Assembly: GCA_035221665.1 (NCBI GenBank)
Contig: CM069161.1
Coordinates: 15,872,001-15,936,000 of the forward strand
DNA: 64,000 nt
Origin: Okamejei kenojei
Taxonomy: Eukaryota
Direction: 5' to 3'
Shown here: piece after piece, positions 61,351 through 64,000 of the stretch
How the letters are laid out: each line of letters opens with the position of its first letter
Position numbering within the stretch: the first letter of the stretch is position 1
Made by a program: the position numbers and the translations under genes
The notes under the pieces: model-generated
Databases searched by the model: none
Told to the model about the DNA's origin: nothing
What the model saw: only the letters and a program-made list of their open reading frames with translations

Positions 61351-62374
61351 ATCAGCCTTCGGTTCACTCACCTTGTGATACCTAGGTCCATTAACTTCAG
61401 TCATGGATATTTTAAGAAGCATATCAAAGGAAGAAGGAGAGGCTGAGAGGTTTAGGAAGGGAATTGCAAAGTTTCAGCTGAAGGTTTGTCTTCCAGTAGG
61501 GGAGAGATTAAATACTGGGACTTGCAAAGGGACTGCTAATCTCTCAGAATGTTTCAGAATTGGAGAAGGTAAAAGGCGAAATAACAGTGAATGGAGTGGG
61601 AGATACAAAGAGATTTGAAAACAAGGATGACAAACTTTGAAGTGTAAATTTTATTTACTGGGATCCAGGGCCCAGTAAAAACCACGGCAGATCCTATCCC
61701 TGGAGCTATGGAAATTACCTTGTGAATCCAGGTCAAATCCCAAGTATGTGACTCAGGGGCTGAACTTGGAGTTTATGCCGAGTCAAAATATTTCACGTTT
61801 AATCCACAATTACTATATGAATCCGACCCTAATCATCAAAGGTGAAGATTGAATTTACTGGATAAAAGTTGTATCTAATGTAATGCATCGCCAATGATAT
61901 ATGATGATCATTGGACCTGCTTATACTCAGTCTACATGGTCTATGATGCAACAGCGCTTTAAACTAAATATTAACGCTCAATTTAATTATGAATCTCAGA
62001 AAGCTGGTAACAAAATGTTGGGCTGTTGGCATAATTAATCAGCTTGTTGTGAACCTGCTGGCAATTCTTTGCCCTCGATCACATAACATCGCTATTATTT
62101 TTATGTCTTGTACAACAAGCAGCGGAAAACTGATTTCCTCCCTTTCCTCTCTGCTGCTGATGGACTAACCTCAGATTAAAGACACTTCCTGCCCTGATTT
62201 TCGTAGGAAATGTAATCAGATGTAAGGTCATGCTAATCTGCAGAACCATTGGTGAGAAGAAAAGAGGAAACAAATGTTAAGTTAAATATTTAAAACACCC
62301 TCAACAAAAGTGAACATGTTAATTGGGAAAGTTTTGCAAATATTTCTGGCTTGCAAGAAAACTCAGCGGTTCCA

Positions 62375-63200
62375 TCAAGGGGCCATAGCGTCTATCAGCA
62401 TAGAAATGGGCCCTATGGGACAGGAGCAGGCAGAAACAATGGGTCTGCCAGAACAGTCCTGCTTGTGTATTGTGTGGATAGAAGCAGGCAGTGCGGGACT
62501 GTGGGTAAATAAGGTTGGGGGCTGTGGAGGGGAGATCACCAGAGGCAATACGATCAGAAACATTCTGGGAGATGATGGCTTGGTGTTTGTCTGTGAGGTC
62601 ATGTTCATGAGGTAGGTGTGCGGATGTGTCTGAGAGCGCAGCTCAGTAGAGGTCAGCCTGCCAGACTGGTGCTTCCCTTGATGGCGGGCTTAATAACAAG
62701 GTGGGGATTGCTGTTGAGTGAGCGGAGGGCTGAGTGTTCAGAGGAGGCGAGATTGGAGTGGGTAAAGTGCCTGTCCCACTGTACGAGGTAACTCAAGAGC
62801 TCTCCCGAGTTTAAAAAAAAAATCAAACTCGTGGTATGCACGTAGAATGTACGTAGCGGGTACGTCGGAGCTCGGGACGTCTCAGCGGCTCGTAACGCTA
62901 ACGGCACGTACTCGGGAAATGCGGTAGACTCGTGAAGATTTTTAAACATGTTGAAAAATGTACACGAGAGCCCCGAGTACCTACGAGCGGTTATTACCGT
63001 AATTCTCCGAGTTCGAATCAGGGGAAACTCGGGAGAACTCTTGAATCGTACAGTGGAAGTGGAAGAGGAGTGGACAGTGGATGCCACGCTGGCTGTTGGA
63101 AATAAAAAGGTCAAGAGAGAGTAGAAGGTCAACAGGGGACATCCATGAGGAGGAGCAATGTTGGAGATGGGAGAATGGGTCGTCACTGGGAGATGAAGAC
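62375..63200 (-). pseudogene. Degenerate Penelope-like element reverse transcriptase fragment
   Basis: Translations LDLFISN, HSNLASSEHSALRSLNSNPHLVIKPAIKG (cf. IKPADKG) and TIHKQDCSGRPIVSACSCP (cf. KIHK..RPIVS) are typical PLE RT motifs. Frameshifted and interrupted by a MITE. Confidence 0.85.
62766..63056. mobile_element. Second copy of the 11330 MITE family, right TIR truncated
   Basis: Colinear similarity to 11330-11632, preceded by TAA. Splits a Penelope RT relic. Confidence 0.85.
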
Positions 63201-64000
63201 ACCGTGCTAGAAATAAAGGCCAGGAGGTAGAAATGATGGAAGATGTACCTGGGTAATGTAAATACAGTGGTGCTGAAGGAAGATCATTAATTGGTTAAAA
63301 TCCTACTCACAGCTGGCAGAAAGGCCATTACAAGAAACTGGCTTGCAGCGGACACACCCAGACTTAGACAATGGTTAGACATAGTACAGGAAATATTTGT
63401 CATGGAGAAAATGAGTGAAAGAAGACGAGTTTAACAGAAAATGGGAAAAATGGATTAGGCAGAGACATAAAGACATCAACACTGTATAATTTTATAGACA
63501 ATAATGTAAGTTATTGGAAATGTTTTAAATATGAAAATAGTTCTGTATACTGCATCATTAATTGTAAACTGAACCCCCCGCTACACTGTTGTATGTTTCG
63601 TTGTTATATTTGTGTTTTATTTGTGTATATATAAAAGCAATAAAAACTAAAGTGAAAAAAAAAGAAATGATGGAAGAAGAGTTCATGATGGGCTCGGAAT
63701 TTGTTGAGTGTGCGCACAGATCATTTGCCCACATTTGGCTCATATCCCTCCAAACATTTTCTACCCCTACGACATGAAATATTAACTGTTTCTCTTTCCA
63801 TGGATGATGCCTGAATTGCTGATCTCTTGAGAGTTTCCAGCATTTGTTGTTCTGTTTTCAGATTTCTATCTTGGGTGCTTTTTGATTTTGATTTACTGAT
63901 GGACAGTTTGCAGTTCTTCTTGTCATCAGCAGAGGGAGATATTGCCCCTCTATCTGCTGGAGTAATTGGTTAATTATGAGCGCTGTAATATTTTCCTTTA

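Noticed and set aside
1-64000. CRISPR arrays, operons or prokaryotic defence systems
   Set aside because: The DNA is clearly vertebrate. No regularly spaced repeat-spacer array exists; recurrent motifs are dispersed transposon copies.

Overview
Vertebrate genomic DNA. The repeat repertoire (HE1-type V-SINEs, HER1/CR1 LINEs, Rex1-like and Penelope-like relics) suggests a cartilaginous fish such as a skate or ray; this is an inference. The only host gene is a two-coding-exon CAVIN1/PTRF on the minus strand (exon 1 52283-52741, exon 2 2221-2946, 394 aa, one 49.3-kb phase-0 intron). Almost every other ORF in the track is repeat-derived or noise. The interesting content is non-coding and mobile. 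(1) A ~140-bp retroposon occurs three times, each copy with a target-site duplication (TSD). Its 5' 54 nt fold into a minimal HDV/CPEB3-like self-cleaving ribozyme, and the best copy lies sense within the cavin1 intron. (2) A ~770-bp non-autonomous element has the full ITR + internal-complementary-region architecture of DIRS tyrosine-recombinase retrotransposons. (3) An abundant Penelope-derived short, often palindromic, family carries a minimal hammerhead ribozyme motif; one copy captured nearby intronic sequence. (4) There are also Harbinger-type MITEs and several nested insertions. All family assignments and alignments were made by eye, without database searches.
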